A stretch of 64,000 nt of DNA from Malacoraja senta. Lineage: Eukaryota. Under the pieces are notes generated by a model. It had not been told where the DNA came from, made no database searches, and saw only the letters and a program-made list of their open reading frames with translations. Position numbers and translations under genes: made by a program. The stretch spans positions 9,550,001-9,614,000 of the forward strand of contig CM075994.1 of assembly GCA_038087875.1 (NCBI GenBank). Direction: 5' to 3'. Below, one piece after another: positions 1 through 12,829 of the stretch. Numbering within the stretch: the first letter of the stretch is position 1; each line of letters starts with the position of its first letter.

Positions 1-3000
1 GGTTAAAATAAAATGTTTGGAAAACTCGTTCGTTAGACCATCCTGCAGTCGGCAGGATGTGGTCCAGAGGACCGTACATAACCCTTGCTGCTAATGTAGT
101 AGCAGCCCTGGTGGAGTGAGATTCGAAAATTAGAATCTATTCCTGTATAAGGCAGAACCCCGTTTTAACCACCTGGAGGTGGTCTGAACTGATACCTTCT
201 TATGAGGTTTTTAGTAACTAACTACATAGGTAAAAATGGGAGCCTCTAAGGCTCTAGGTGACCTTGACGTAATGTTGTAAATGTGTGACCACACATAACC
301 GAAGGTGCATGGGGTATGCCATGAGAACTAGTTTGAGACCTGACACCCCTGGGCTGCCCTGCTTAACTAAATCGTAAACATGAAATATTATATTATTAGC
401 AGGAATAACCATCCTGTCCAGTCGCAATTTATGTAATGACTGGACCCGTTGCGCTGAGAACAGCACAAAGGGGAAAACTACCTTATGAGAGCCGAGCCAA
501 AGATAGGTATATAGCTGGAGCGCCCTGGTGAAGTAGTGTTAACACAATGTCAATATCCCATACTTCTGTGTACTTGGGTCTGGGAGAACTTGTGTAAAGA
601 TATCCTTAATAAACTGGATATCAGAGGGTGAGACCCGACAGAGCGGGTCCCGCTCGCAGCAGCAAATATGATGAGAAAGCACGTTGGGCACAGTTAATGG
701 GACTATAACTTAATTTATTGTCAAGGGCCCATTGAAAATGAACTCTAAGACGACAGTATCTGTGCCGTATTATATGTAACATAGCATTTAAACAGAACGC
801 TTCCCATCTCCTGACGAGGAAATGTTCTGCTTATTTGGTGCTATCCCTGCACTCTGCAGTGAGCACACACATGGATCGGTCTGACACCCCGAGCCGCATG
901 AGCTGTCTTCTCAGATTCTGTAAGGCAATGAATTGATTAATCATGCAGAGGCTGGTTCCCCGAGTCCCAGGCTGAACCAGCAAAGTTTTATGTTTAGAAA
1001 ACCCATATAAGGTTCTACTATAATTCCCAACATTCGCGGGAAACCATGGCTACATAGGCCAGTCAGACAGTACGAAAACCCTGAAGCGGGATCTTGCTGA
1101 ATTTATTGCAAGACCCGACTGATGAGGCAAAATGGAGCATCGACATAAAAGAACATTCCTTCCCCGTGTAGCGAGAATGTATCTCTCGCCACTGTGATGC
1201 CACATGTCTTTACAACAGGTGAATGAGCCTGGATGCAAACATATCGATATTTGGTGTTCCATCGAGCCATAATGTCATAAAATACTTTGTGATCCAACAT
1301 TCATTCTGTGTTGTCATTGATTTTACGTGATGATACACCAGCGCCAAATAAAGTTGGGTAAATTATGACAGGACACTTTGGCTTGATTGCACCCATGTGA
1401 CCAACATATGCCACCACCACAGTGTATCAACCTGGAACTGAGCATGCAGATCATGCATATCCGCACAATAACCCTTTAACCCATAGTATGCACCTAGTGT
1501 CTATAGGTAGTTGATACCAATAACTGAAGAATTGTTAATTCATGCAAATCCCATTCGCCTCCGTAACTAGAGATGGCATTCGCAATTTTCCATCTTTGAG
1601 CACTAGCATCAGTCTGTAATAACTGAAGTTTTATTGACCAAAGCTACTGGAGCAATACTGAATATTGTTCGTCCACCATTGTGACTTTGATGGCTTCAGC
1701 TGGTAATAGCATAGGTCTGTTAACAATGGCACTTGAGAGGTTATTACTTTGCACGTTGTAAGATCTGATAATGCAAAGGCCCAATTGCACAGCTGAAACA
1801 TAGCTGCTATATTGCCAATTACACTTGATGAATAGAAGACTGCTTGATAACAAGGTTGTTACAGGCTTCTATTGATTCCAATCTCTACCCCAGGGTGGAG
1901 CCACAGATAAATTAATAGTTAAAGATAAAACCGAATAATCAATAACTGTAGTTGGTAGCAACTTAAATTTAACTGGATGGATGAGGAACCTCAATTTCTC
2001 AAATATAGTTGCGGCTGAAACAGTTGATTTTAGCAAAACACAGCGTTTAGAATATCATCCGGTTAAGCCATAACCAGTGTTTTTGAGCTCTGAGCAGTCC
2101 CAGCACCGGTTTAATAATTTGGTAGATGACCTGGGAGCTGAAGTAGCCCATTTGCAACGCATTAACTGTTATCATTGCCCCATCCAGATAAATTCCAAAT
2201 GTCTCCTGGGATCCCTGTGAATGGGACCTGAATAGTATTCATCTTTGAAATCGATGCATGCCATAAAGATCCTAAGGAAATCAGTTTGTTAGACAGTAAC
2301 GAAGTTCCATATACTGAAAAATCTATGTTGCACATGCAAGTTAAATCAACAATAAACTGACATCCTTCATCTTTCACAATGAACAGGCCACGCCTGCCAT
2401 AATTCTGTGCCTGCCTTGAATGACAACTCTGGCCAGATTCCCAAGCCTGTCTCGAAAGGTGATCCTGGCCATAATGCTGAGCCTGCCTTGAAAGACAACT
2501 CTGGCCATAATACTGGGCCTGCCTTGAAAGGCTACTCCGGCCATAATTCTGAGCCTGCCTCGAAAGACAACTCTGGCCAATTTCCAAGCTTGTCTCGGAA
2601 AGCAATCCTGGCCGTAATACTGAGCCTGCCTCGAAAGACAACTCTGGCCCCAATTCCAAGCCAAGCTTGGTACCCTAGTATACTGTGCAATAATAACCCA
2701 ATCTCATGTTATCATTGTCATTTGTACAAAAACAATTGTAAATATTACCAACTTGTAAATGGTCCACTTACCCCATGTTTCGGAAGAACCAGACCCACCT
2801 AACTCCATGGTTACCGGTGGTCTATGGTAAGCCCAACGGCCCCTGATGTGGGTTCTATTCACGTCCTTGATTGGAGAGTAGGAATGGTAGTGTATGTGGA
2901 TTCCATACTTCCTCATCCAGGTATACCTGTTGGATAAGTCTTACCTGAAGAGAAGATTCGGCGGCTGGTTTCATTTCCTCCAATGTCACCCCTGGTAGCG

Positions 3001-4001
3001 CTGTTCACTGCCGGCACTTGTAGCGTGATGGGAACTCTGGCCCCTTCCGGGCATTCTGCCAATGGCTGGACCCAATTTATCCGGCAGTAACCCCTTCGCT
3101 TGCGAGTATTTCCTCGCACTCCCCTCCACAAAGAGGGAGATTCGTAGGCAGCCTTGAAAACAGGTGCTGCCGCAGGCTCCTGAGGATACCTGCGCTGACA
3201 TGGCCCCTCCTACAGACCTATATCAGGATTTTTGCTCTGAGTCAGACAGGAACTGACCCCAAATGCTTCCCTCCTCAGAGAGGGAGTCATTGTGCAGCCT
3301 AGTAATAGGTGTCGTTGCCGTGGGCCCCAGAAGAGACCCGCGGTGATAACTCCCTCCTTTGGAGTATATCATTGTGGAGCACCTCTCCATCAGGTGCTCC
3401 ATGTGGGTTTGAACGTTCAAAGACGTTACCCATGAAGGATGGGGATCGTCTCCATCAGGAATCCTCCTGGCCCGACTCGTTTGAGTCAACGGGCCTCTTC
3501 CCTACGCTCCCCTCCTCAGAGAGGGAGATATAATTTCGTGGCTACCCTCCAAGCCGGGTTGCCTAGGTGCTACCGGCACCAGTCTGAAGCCGCTGCCTCC
3601 ACCGCCAGCGTCTCGGAAGGCGAATTAGACCGCCGCCCGCTACCCGCACTTCCGCGGTCTCCGTAGCGGGTTCCCCGCGGTCCGTGGCCGGGATTCCCCG
3701 AGGTCATGACCGGGATTCCCTGTGGTCCGTGACTGGGGTTCCCCGCGGTCCATAAAAGTTCCCCCACGGCCCGTCCGGACTTCGCCCCGAAATTCAGCAG
3801 GAAAACTCTGTAAGCGGAGAATCCTGCAAAGGAAAACATAACCTGGGAATAAGTTTAAATCTTACCTTCAGGTTGAAACTTACCGCTGGCAGGAGCAACG
3901 CGCCTGCCAGTCCGACGTTCCGCAATGCGGTAGACGTAATGACCCGCATGCGCCTTGACGGCCTTCTTCACCTAGTCACTCACGTGACTCCGAAGTAAAA
4001 T
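1..4001 (-). mobile_element. Degenerate DIRS-type (tyrosine recombinase) retrotransposon, continuing beyond the left edge
   Basis: Minus-strand translation of ~1-130 gives IFESHSTRAATTLAARVMYGPLDHILPTAGWSNERVFQTFYF (YR HSTR...GWS...FY motif). There are RNase H-like remnants at ~1390-1610 (DAS..., and a degenerate DNTTVVAY-like stretch) and RT-like remnants at ~1960-2200 (EKLRFLIHPVK, YLDG). Many stops. Homology to the paralogous empty site (~17909, tgagtacagg) starts at ~4002. Confidence 0.85.
2395..2660. repeat. 36-bp minisatellite (~7 copies) inside the DIRS element
   Basis: Unit of approximately gagcctgccttgaaagacaactctggccataatact; it produces the GQSCLSRQAQYY repeats in ORF 2162..2659. 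Confidence 0.85.
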
Positions 4002-4619
4002 TGAGTACAGGGCTGGCCCTGTGAAGGAGCCGCCAATCTGATATAAGACATTTAACTGTGAAATGCCTGCCCTTTAGTATTGGATAGATTGAGTGGAGGG
4101 TCTGTGCTGTTCCAAGTTTGCGGTGGTTGTGGTGTGTTTCCCCCAGCCATCTCGCCCAGTGCATGTTGAACAGCACAGTTCACCAGCCCTTGTTAGTAGA
4201 GGGCTGGTGAAATGTAACTCAGCGGGTCAGGCAGCTTCTCTGGAGAACATGGATAGGTACAAAGTGCTGGAGTAACTCAGCGGGTCAGGCAGCATCTCTG
4301 GAGAACGCAGATAAACAAGTCAGTTTCGGACTCTTTTTCCGACTCCACCTGTCCAGGTTCTCCACAGATGCTGCCTGACCCGCTGAGTTACTCCAGCACT
4401 GTGTCTTTTTTCCCAAGCCACCTGTACAATATTTTTGCTGCTTTAAGTTTCGATTCAGATTTCCAATTAGTTTTTCGTGGAACAGATCACGTCTCCGCGA
4501 GGCAGCTACCTTGACTGAAGGCTGTTACATAACATGAATAACCCGTTTCCAAACTGCCGGGAGCAATCTCCTTCCTGCACCTTGTTTTTACACTTGAACA
4601 GATAAACAAGGGGACTAAG

Positions 4620-5120
4620 GGCAGCAGGTTGGAGCAGCGGTAGAGTTGCTGCCTCACAGCGCCAGAGACCCAGGTTACATCCTGACCACGGGTGCTGTCT
4701 GTACGGAGTTTGTACGTTCTCCCCGTGACCTGCGTGGGTTTTCTCTGAGATCTTCTAGAGCCATTTTTCTGCGATCTTGTAGAGCCATTTAGAACGGAGA
4801 TGAGGAAACACTTTTTCACACAGAGAGTTGTGAATCTGTGGAATTCTCTGCCTCAGAGGGCGGTGGAGGCCGGTTCTCTGGATACTTTCAAGAGAGAGCT
4901 AGATAGGGCTCTTAAAGATAGCAGAGTCAGGGGATATGGGGAGAAGGCAGGAACGGGGTACTGATTGGGGATGATCAGCCATGATCACATTGAATGGCGG
5001 TGCTAGCTCGAAAGCCTACTCCTGCACCTATTGTCTATTGTCTATTGTCCATTATCTTCAAATTCCCCCATGCTCCAAAGACCTGCAGGTTTGTAGGTTA
5101 ATTTGGATTCAGTTAACATT
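4620..5120 (+). mobile_element. HE1-like V-SINE interrupted by a CR1 3' fragment (~4783-5050)
   Basis: tRNA-like head (gcagcggtagagttgctgcctcacagcgccagagacccaggtt) plus V-domain (gtacggagtttgtacgttctccccgtg); the CR1 fragment ends in (tattgtc)n. Paralogous copy at ~18780-19395. Confidence 0.8.
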
Positions 5121-5247
5121 TTACTTCTTTAAATTTGTCACCGAGCGTTTTTAAACTGCTGCTCAGGTCGTGCTGGGCTCCTTATACCGAACTCTGGGCT
5201 CCTTATACCGAACTCGCTTATACGCAGAGGGGAGTAAGAATTACTTT

Positions 5248-8245
5248 GTATTATTATTATTAAACTTTATTTCAGACTGAAGGTCCAGACGAGAGACGAC
5301 ATTACATAAAATACATTGCATACAAAAACACCATAAAATACATATAAAAGCTGAGCAAATTACTTATAAAACGCATCATAAATTATATACAAAAATCACA
5401 ATACATGAATTAAAATGCAGAATAAATAAAAAAGATCAGTGTCCTACAGCGAGGCAGCGAAAGCAGTGTCTCCACAACTGCGATTGGTAGCGTGTAGTGC
5501 AAAACTTTATTTGACAAGGCCACGATAATTAAATTTTTTAGAGTCATTTATCCTGCGAATGAATTCCAGCAGAAATATGATCCAAGCCACTTGCTTTGTT
5601 GTTTTACAGCTTGTTCGTGGCATGATACACATCATGTGACATAATCGCCATTGAGTCATTACTCTCAATATTGTCCACCCTATACAATTTGGGGGCAGTG
5701 GGCAGGTGCTATAGACCTGCACGAGAAGGTAGACCCTCCTGCCCCCACGAGTCTCGGGCAGATGGGGCTCGTCAGCCTGGGAAGGCAGTCCATCTAGGAT
5801 AGGGAAAACTCTGATTTTAAACCTCCACTGCCTCGTGGCCATATCCAGTCATGGAAAAGGCTCCAGGAGTAAACCTCAAGAAATTCCGGAGTCGGAGCCC
5901 CTAAGGCGGTTCGTCGTTGTCTACAACCTCGCTCTGGCAGCTCCTGCGACGGCGCGGGTGCCAAACTGTAATGGACCTGCTGTTCCTTTGGATCGGTCAG
6001 CGACGTGGAGAGGGGGGAACGTGCTGCATGGGCAACAGCCTGTCCTCCATATGACATCGCCCAGGCTTGCATCCGACCACACATCACCTGCAAACTAGCC
6101 GAGGTTTGGAGTAAGCAACCAACAACTAGGATGCATCACCCATGGTCCGGCATGACTGAGGGGGGCCTACTAGACAAATCACCTTGGACACAATTGAATA
6201 AAGTACCATAATGCTGTCTCCATAACTCCATGATATTAGTTGTTCTGGAGATTCCATCTACAGTGCATGCTAGAGTTGTTTTGCAACTGTTAAGAGCTCT
6301 CACTTATTTCCAAAAATCAGTAGCAATGTTACTTAGCAGCTTCCTAGCCATGGAATCAGCCCTCATAGCTTGCTCAATTTTTACAGATGAAGCGAACAGC
6401 ATATGTATATCTTGCATTAGTGAGCTTCTTGTACTCAAACACAGGCCTCTGTCTGGGTCTACCTGTCATAGCCCATGATTTGGTGGCTTCACGGGCTGCA
6501 GCATGATACTCGGCTACATACCTATTCCAGCCAGGCCTGATGTTATGCGTCTTATTTGTATGCTTGCAGTAGCGCTTACTGCCCACATCTAAAGTGCTTA
6601 CTATATCATTATACATGGAGCAGATATCTCTCCTACGCCCAACACCTCCACTCAGTTCGCAATAACCAACCTGATCTCCCGGTGGCTCAGCACTTCAACT
6701 CCCCCTCCCATTCCTAATCTGACCTTTCTGTCCTGGGCCTCCTCCATGGCCAGAGTAAGTCTCACCGCAAATTGGAGGAGCAGCACCTCATATTTCGCTT
6801 GGGTAGTTTCCACCCCAGCGGTATGAACATTGACTTCTCCAATTTCAGGTAGTCCTTGCTTTCTCCCTCCTTCCCCTCCCCTTCCCAGCTCTCTCACAGC
6901 CTAATGTCTCCGCCTATTGATTTCTTCTTCCCGCCCCCCCCCCCGCAACCCCCATATCAGTCTGAAGAATAGTCTCGACCCGAAACGTCACCTATTCCTT
7001 CGCTCCATAGATGCTGCCTCAACCGCTGAGTTTCTCCAGCATTTTTGTCTACCTTCTCCTATAGACAATAGACAATAGGTGCAGGAGTAGGCCATTCAGC
7101 CCTTCGAGCCAGAACCACCATTCAATGTGATCAAGGCTGATCATCCCCAATCAGTACCCCGTTCCTGCCTTCTCCCCATATCCCCTGACTCCGCTATTTT
7201 TAAGAGCCCTATCTAGCTCTCTCTTGAAAGCATCCAGAGAACCCGCCTCCACCGCCCTCTGAGGCAGAGAATTCCACAGACTCACCACTCTCTGTGAGAA
7301 AAAGTGTTTCCTCGTCTCCGTTCTAAATGGCTTACTCCTTATTCTTAAACTGTGGCCCCTGGTTCTGGACTCCCCCAACATCGGGAACATGTTTCCTGCC
7401 TCTAGCGTGTCTAAACCCTTAACAATCTTATATGATTTAATGAGATCTCCTCTCATCCTTCTAAACTCCAGAGTGTACAAGCCCAGCTGCTCCATTCTCT
7501 CTGAATATTGCTTAAGGATTTAACTGTATGGGCATAATAGGCTAAGATGTCTTCCTTTGTGAGGGTTGATCAGTCAAGTTTTTCTGTGTTAAAGCTAGTT
7601 CTATCTCTGGATACCACAGGTAGGTGTTCAACATTTATTGACATGGCAACAGGTATATGATCAGTCATTGCTGCCCCATATAGAATGCTCACATACCCCA
7701 ATGAGGCATGTACATCAGGTGTACTAATACAATGATCCAGCCATGACGTAGTGTGCCAGGCCTCACTAATATAAGTGGAACTATCTGTAGGTAAAAGCAC
7801 TTTGCTTTGAAAATATTAAATTATTATCTTGACAGAACTGAGCCATATGATTGGCAAATAATGAATTTCTGTCTGAGATATCTGAATTCATATCCCCAAT
7901 GACATATACACTAGAATAATGATTGTTTTAAATAAAGGAATAGATAAAACCAAGCCTATTTAAATATTCATCCTCATTCTGATGACATTCATAGGGTGTA
8001 TACACATTCAGGATAACAAATTCCTTGTTGTTGTGAGCAAAGCGTATGACAATGCACCAGGCAGCAACAAGCCGAACCACATTTATTGATGTCAAGCTTC
8101 TTGTTCCATAGAATAGCCACACCTCCTGGTATCCTACCTCTGACTATCCCCATGCCAAGGTCAGTTGTAGTCCCCCCAGCCCCATGAAAGTTGTCATTGA
8201 GAGAATTGAGTTTGTCCAAGTCTTGCTTCGCTAAGAATGTCTCTT
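5248..8245 (-). mobile_element. Fragmented APE-type non-LTR retrotransposon (clade unassigned) with nested insertions
   Basis: ORF pieces RGRIPGGVAILW, VILNVYTPYEC, TSWLDHCIST...TDHIPV (APE endonuclease) and PGWNRYV...GRPRQRPVF. Simple-repeat tail at ~5248-5262. Interrupted by an unrelated insert (~5650-6170), a Penelope fragment (~6650-7055) and CR1 (~7060-7500). Confidence 0.7.
7060..7500 (-). mobile_element. CR1 LINE 3' fragment
   Basis: ORF 7151..7495 LGLYTLEFRRMRGDLI...TRGHSLRI...FFSQRVVSLWNSLP is the CR1 ORF2 C-terminus, with a (caataga)n tail. Similar fragments at ~8245-8750(-), 8755-8995(+), 10715-10975(-), 11043-11265(+), 20010-20400(-), 24065-24395(+), 33065-33415(+), 40590-40960(-), 45865-46105(+). 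Confidence 0.9.
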
Positions 8246-9371
8246 ATAGACAATAGACATAGACAATAGGTGCAGGAGTAGGCCATTCGCCCCCTCGAGC
8301 CAGCATCCCCATTCAATGTGATAATGGCTGATCATCCCCAATCAGTGTACCGTTCCTGCCTTCTCCCCATATCCCCTGACTCCGCCATCTATAAGAGCCC
8401 TATCTAGCTCTCTCTTGAAAGTCTCCAGAGAACTGGCCTCCACCGCCCTCTGAGGCAGAGAATTCTACAGGCTCACAACTCTCTGTGAGACAAAGTGTTT
8501 CCTCATCTCCGTTCTAAATGGCTTACCGCTTATTCTTAAACTGTGGCCCCTGGTTCTGGACTCCCCCTACATCGGGAACATGTTTCCTGCCTCTATCGTG
8601 CCCAAACCCTTAAGAATCTTATGTTTCAATAAGATTCATCCTTCTAAACTCGAGAGTATACAAGCCCAGCCGCTCCATTCTCTCAGCATATGATAGTCCC
8701 GCCATCCCAGGAATTAATCTTGTAAACCTACGCTGCACTCCCCCAATAGCAAGAAACACTTTTTCACCCAGAGAGTTGTGAGTCTGTGGAATTCACTGCC
8801 TCAGAGGGCGGTGGAGGCCAGTTCTCTGGATACTTTCAAGAGAGAGCTAGATAGGGCTCTTAAAAATAGCAGAATCGGTGATATGGGTGAAGGCAGGAAC
8901 GGGGTACTGATTGGGGATCATCAGCCATGATCACATTGAGTGGCAGTGCTGGCCTGAATGGCCTACTCCTACACGTATTGTCTATTGTCTATTGTTCTCC
9001 AGAGATGCTGGCTGAACCGTTTGGTAATTTCTGCATTTCGTGCGAATCTCTTTCGTAATTATCGTCCCATTATCATCTCTTCCAGTAATTCAGGATTTCT
9101 CTATCATGAAGTCATCAGTAATTCGATCTTTTCCTTGCCTCCTCCCTCTACCTCTATCACACTATCCCATAGTCAAAATCACAAGGGATTTTCAATAAAG
9201 GCTCAGAGTGCTGGCGTAACTCGGTGAGTCGGGCAGCATCTCTGGAGAACACGGACTGGTGACGTTTCCAGTTGGGATCCTTCTTCAGATTTCAGGGAAT
9301 TTGAAGACTTCTGTTTGAAGTTTTTCCTGTTCTCTCTCTTGCCCTCGAAGCTCAGCTGTTCAAAGCCAAAG

Positions 9372-11512
9372 ATGAATTGCCTTGTGGTCCTGGTAGCTGG
9401 TCTCATTCTCAGTGCCTCTCCGGGTAAGGAAATATAACTATTTTGTTGTCCTCTAGTTTAACTGTGGAAAGGCATTTTAGATTCTCAAGTGGGATTGGAA
9501 TTCTTGGTTAAACTTTAAGCTGTGTGTTCGTTCACATGTAGAGAGTTTGTTACTGAATATGGAGTTAGTTATTGTCAAGTCCAGAGTGTTTTATTGTTAT
9601 ATATGTCCCAGATAGAAGGAACGGTGACGTTTCAGGTCGAGACCCTTCCTTCTCTCCAGAGATGCTGCCTGTCCCGCTGAGTTACTCCAGCATTTTATGT
9701 CTATGTTCGGTGTAAACCAGCATCTGCAGTTCCTTGCCACACACACTCACACACGCACACACACATATACACACACACACACACGCACACGCACACGCAC
9801 ACACACACACACGCACACATAATCACACACACACACACACACGCACATATGTACACATAATAGTGCAAAAGGCAAAACTATACGTGTATAGGTAGTTTAG
9901 ATACTACTTTGGCAGTGTGTAGGATACTGCTAGTGTACGGGGTGAACACTGGTCGGCACGGACTCGGTGGGCCGAAGGGCCTGTTTAAATGCTTTAAACA
10001 TCTGAGGGCTCCACATCACTGATGTGTAGGAAGGAACTGCAGATGTTGGTTTACACCGACAATAGACACAAAGTGCTGGAGAAACTCAGCGGGACAGGCA
10101 GCATCTCTGGAGAGAAGGAATAGGTGACGTTTCGGGTCGAGACCCTTCTTCAGACTGAGAGTCAGGGGAAAGGGAAATGAGAGAGATAGATGTTGATATG
10201 GAGAGATATTGAACAAGTGAATGAAAGGTATGCAAAAAAGTAAAGATGACAAAGGAAACAGGCCATTGTTAGCTGTGGGCGAGGTGAGAATGAGTTACAG
10301 ACAATGAGATTCGAGAAGACGACTTTCAAACCAGTAGAACCAGTTGGGATTTGGGAGGGTCTCGACCAAAACATCACCTGTACCTCTTCTCCAGAGCGGC
10401 TGCCTGACCCACTGAGTCACTCCAGCATTTTGTGTCGGTATTGTTCTAAGTTCAATGAAAGGAGTTGCTTGTTCTCAGAGCAGCAGCAGAACGAGCTGCA
10501 GGTGTCTCTCACACAACATCCTCTGTTTTGTTCTCAATGTACAGGTAACTGTTTGCAGTGTTACTCCTGCTTAGGATCAACGGAAAGATGCGTGGATAAT
10601 ACTGTTAACTGCTCTGCGGGGGAGCGATGCTTCCTTGTGGTAGCAGAGGCTGGTAAGTACGAAAGAATTTGAGATGCACACCTCTAGTTTAGAGATACAG
10701 CGTGGAAACATACACACACCAACCTTTGTGTGAGAAGGTTACCCCTCAGATTCCTTTTAAATCTTTTCCCCTCACCTTAAACCAATGTCCTCTGGTCCTC
10801 GATTCCACTACTCTGGGCAAGAGACTCTGTGCATCTACCCAATCTATTCCTCTCATGATTTTATACACCTCTATAGGATCACCCCTCATCCTCCTGCGCT
10901 CCAAGGAATAGAGACCCAGCCTGCTCAACCTCACCCTGTAGCTCACACCCTCTAGTCCTGGCAACATCCTCGTAAAGATGTTAAGACAGTACGATTCTGT
11001 GAATAAATAGCTGATTTACTCATAGAAATGTGAAAACTCAGTGGCATTCACACAAAGAGTGGTGGGTGTATGGAACAAGCTGCCAGAGGAGGTAGTTGAG
11101 GCAGGGACTATCACAACGTTTAAGAAACAGTTAGACAGGTACGTCGATCGGACAGGTTTGGGGGATATGGACCAAGCGCTGACAGGTGGGACTAGTGTAG
11201 CTGGGACATGTTGGCCGGTGTGGGCAAGTTGGGCTGAAGGGCCTGTTTCCACGCTGTAACACTCTAAAATGATACATGAACTATGAATATAGAAATTATT
11301 TATCTGACCATTCTGTTTTTCCAGCTGGTGTAAAGGCTTATGCCGCTGGATGTGCCCCCCCTGCTGAATGTAATGTCCAGCAAATTATCCCAGGAGCCAC
11401 AGTCTCTGTCAGCTGTTGTGATACTGACCTCTGCAACGCGAGCGACCAAGTTAAATTATCTCTTCTGCTGTTCCCTGCTCTGGTCTCAGTCTGGTTTGCA
11501 ATATTTATGTGA
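9372..11512 (+). CDS. Ly6/uPAR (three-finger) GPI-anchored protein, copy 1; join(9372..9423,10545..10652,11325..11512), 115 aa
   Basis: GT-AG phase-1 introns give MNCLVVLVAGLILSASPGNC|LQCYSCLGSTERCVDNTVNCSAGERCFLVVAEAAGVKAYAAGCAPPAECNVQQIIPGATVSVSCCDTDLCNASDQVKLSLLLFPALVSVWFAIFM*. It has a signal peptide, LxCxxC start, 10 Cys in the mature domain, CCxxDxCN end, hydrophobic GPI-type tail and the canonical Ly6 exon layout. Confidence 0.93.
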
Positions 11513-12376
11513 AGCAAGTGCATAATAATAATGCACAGTGCAATCTTCTGGGTGCTTTTTGTCTGAAGATCAGGGATAATGAGTCTTAACACTTGATTTC
11601 CAAAAGATGAGCAACTTAATCTAACAGATGTGCAAATCCTTTTCATTCCAAAATCAGTAACCCTCATCCTGGTTCAGGATTAGTTCATCGATGGTGGTTA
11701 GTTCTATGGGTTCTGTAATTCCTCAATCTTCCAATGTACTTTTGTGTTTGTTATTGATTTGAATTATGTTTTGGAGCTGGTTACATATATATACAGCTTC
11801 AGTAACTCCAACAGAAGGCTGTGGAGGCCAAGTGAATTGATATTTTTACCGCAGAGATAGATAGATTCTTGATTAGGACGGGTGTCAGGGGTTATGCGGA
11901 GAAGGTAGGAGAATGGGGTTAGGAGGGAGAGATAGATCAGCCGTGATTGAATGGCGGAGTAGACTTGATGGGCCGATTGGCCTAGTTCTGCTCCTATCAC
12001 CTACTGCATGACCTTATAACACTGTGTTTATGTCAGGAGGCTAGACAAGCATGTTTTGATGGCAGTGCATGGACAACCTCCTTCAAGTTGACAAAGGCAA
12101 AGCTAATACTTTCAAGAGAGAGCTCCTAAAGATAGCGGAGTCAGGGGATATGGGGAGTAGGCAGGAACAGGGAACTGATTGGGGATGATCAGCCATGATC
12201 ACATTGAATGGCGGTGCTGGTTCGAAGGGCCGAATGTCCTATTCCTGCACCTATTGTCTATTGTCTAATACACCATGCTTGATATTTGCAATCTTTTAAT
12301 AATTCAGATAATAATAATAATAATTATTATATAATTTGGAGTGTACCATTACTCTGTTCATCTGTTGCCGCATCTC

Positions 12377-12382
12377 AATAAA
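12377..12382 (+). terminator. Candidate polyadenylation signal of Ly6 copy 1
   Basis: AATAAA about 870 bp after the stop, in the same context after copy 3 (35597-35602) and copy 4 (60425-60430). Confidence 0.55.
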
Positions 12383-12829
12383 ATACTGATTTTCAAAAGA
12401 AAATGTGAGCGTATTCCTTTTTTTATGTTCCAGGAGCAGAATTAAGCCATTCGGCCCATCAAGTTCACTCTGCCCTTCAATTCTGGCCGATCTATCTTTC
12501 CCTCTCAACCCCATTCTCCCCATAACCCCTGACACTTGTACTAATCAAGAATCTGTCAAAGCCTCTATCAAATTCTTCAAAGCAATTTTATAAACTGCCT
12601 CACATGTTATTATTACTACACTGTATAATTCCGCGGCACGGTGGCGCAGCGGTAGAGTTGATGCCTCGCGGCGCCAGAGACCCGGGTTCCATCCGGACCA
12701 CGGGTGTCATCTGTACAGAGCTTGCATGTTTTCCCTGTGACTGTGTAGGTTTTCTCAGGGTACCTCGGTTTCTTGCCACACTCCAAAGACGTACAGGTTT
12801 GTAGGTTAATTAGCTTGGAACAATTGTAA

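Noticed and set aside
5650..6170. Insert resembling an RTE-type retrotransposon 5' region, possibly with an HDV-like ribozyme
   Set aside because: I could not fold a convincing nested double pseudoknot by eye, and the family assignment is only a recollection; it needs a Dfam/Repbase and Infernal search.
10304..10672. ORF-track proteins overlapping Ly6 exons with long N-terminal extensions (also 11276, 33468, 34488, 57352, 59496)
   Set aside because: The extensions are intron sequence; only the AG/GT-bounded parts are coding.
9372..11512. Assigning a specific symbol (LY6G5B, LY6G5C, LY6E, CD59) or calling it a toxin
   Set aside because: LU domains are too short and divergent to assign orthology by eye, and the GPI-type tail argues against a secreted toxin.
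12632..12705. tRNA-like sequence with A and B boxes
   Set aside because: It is the head of a V-SINE, followed directly by the V-domain and repeated many times in the window.
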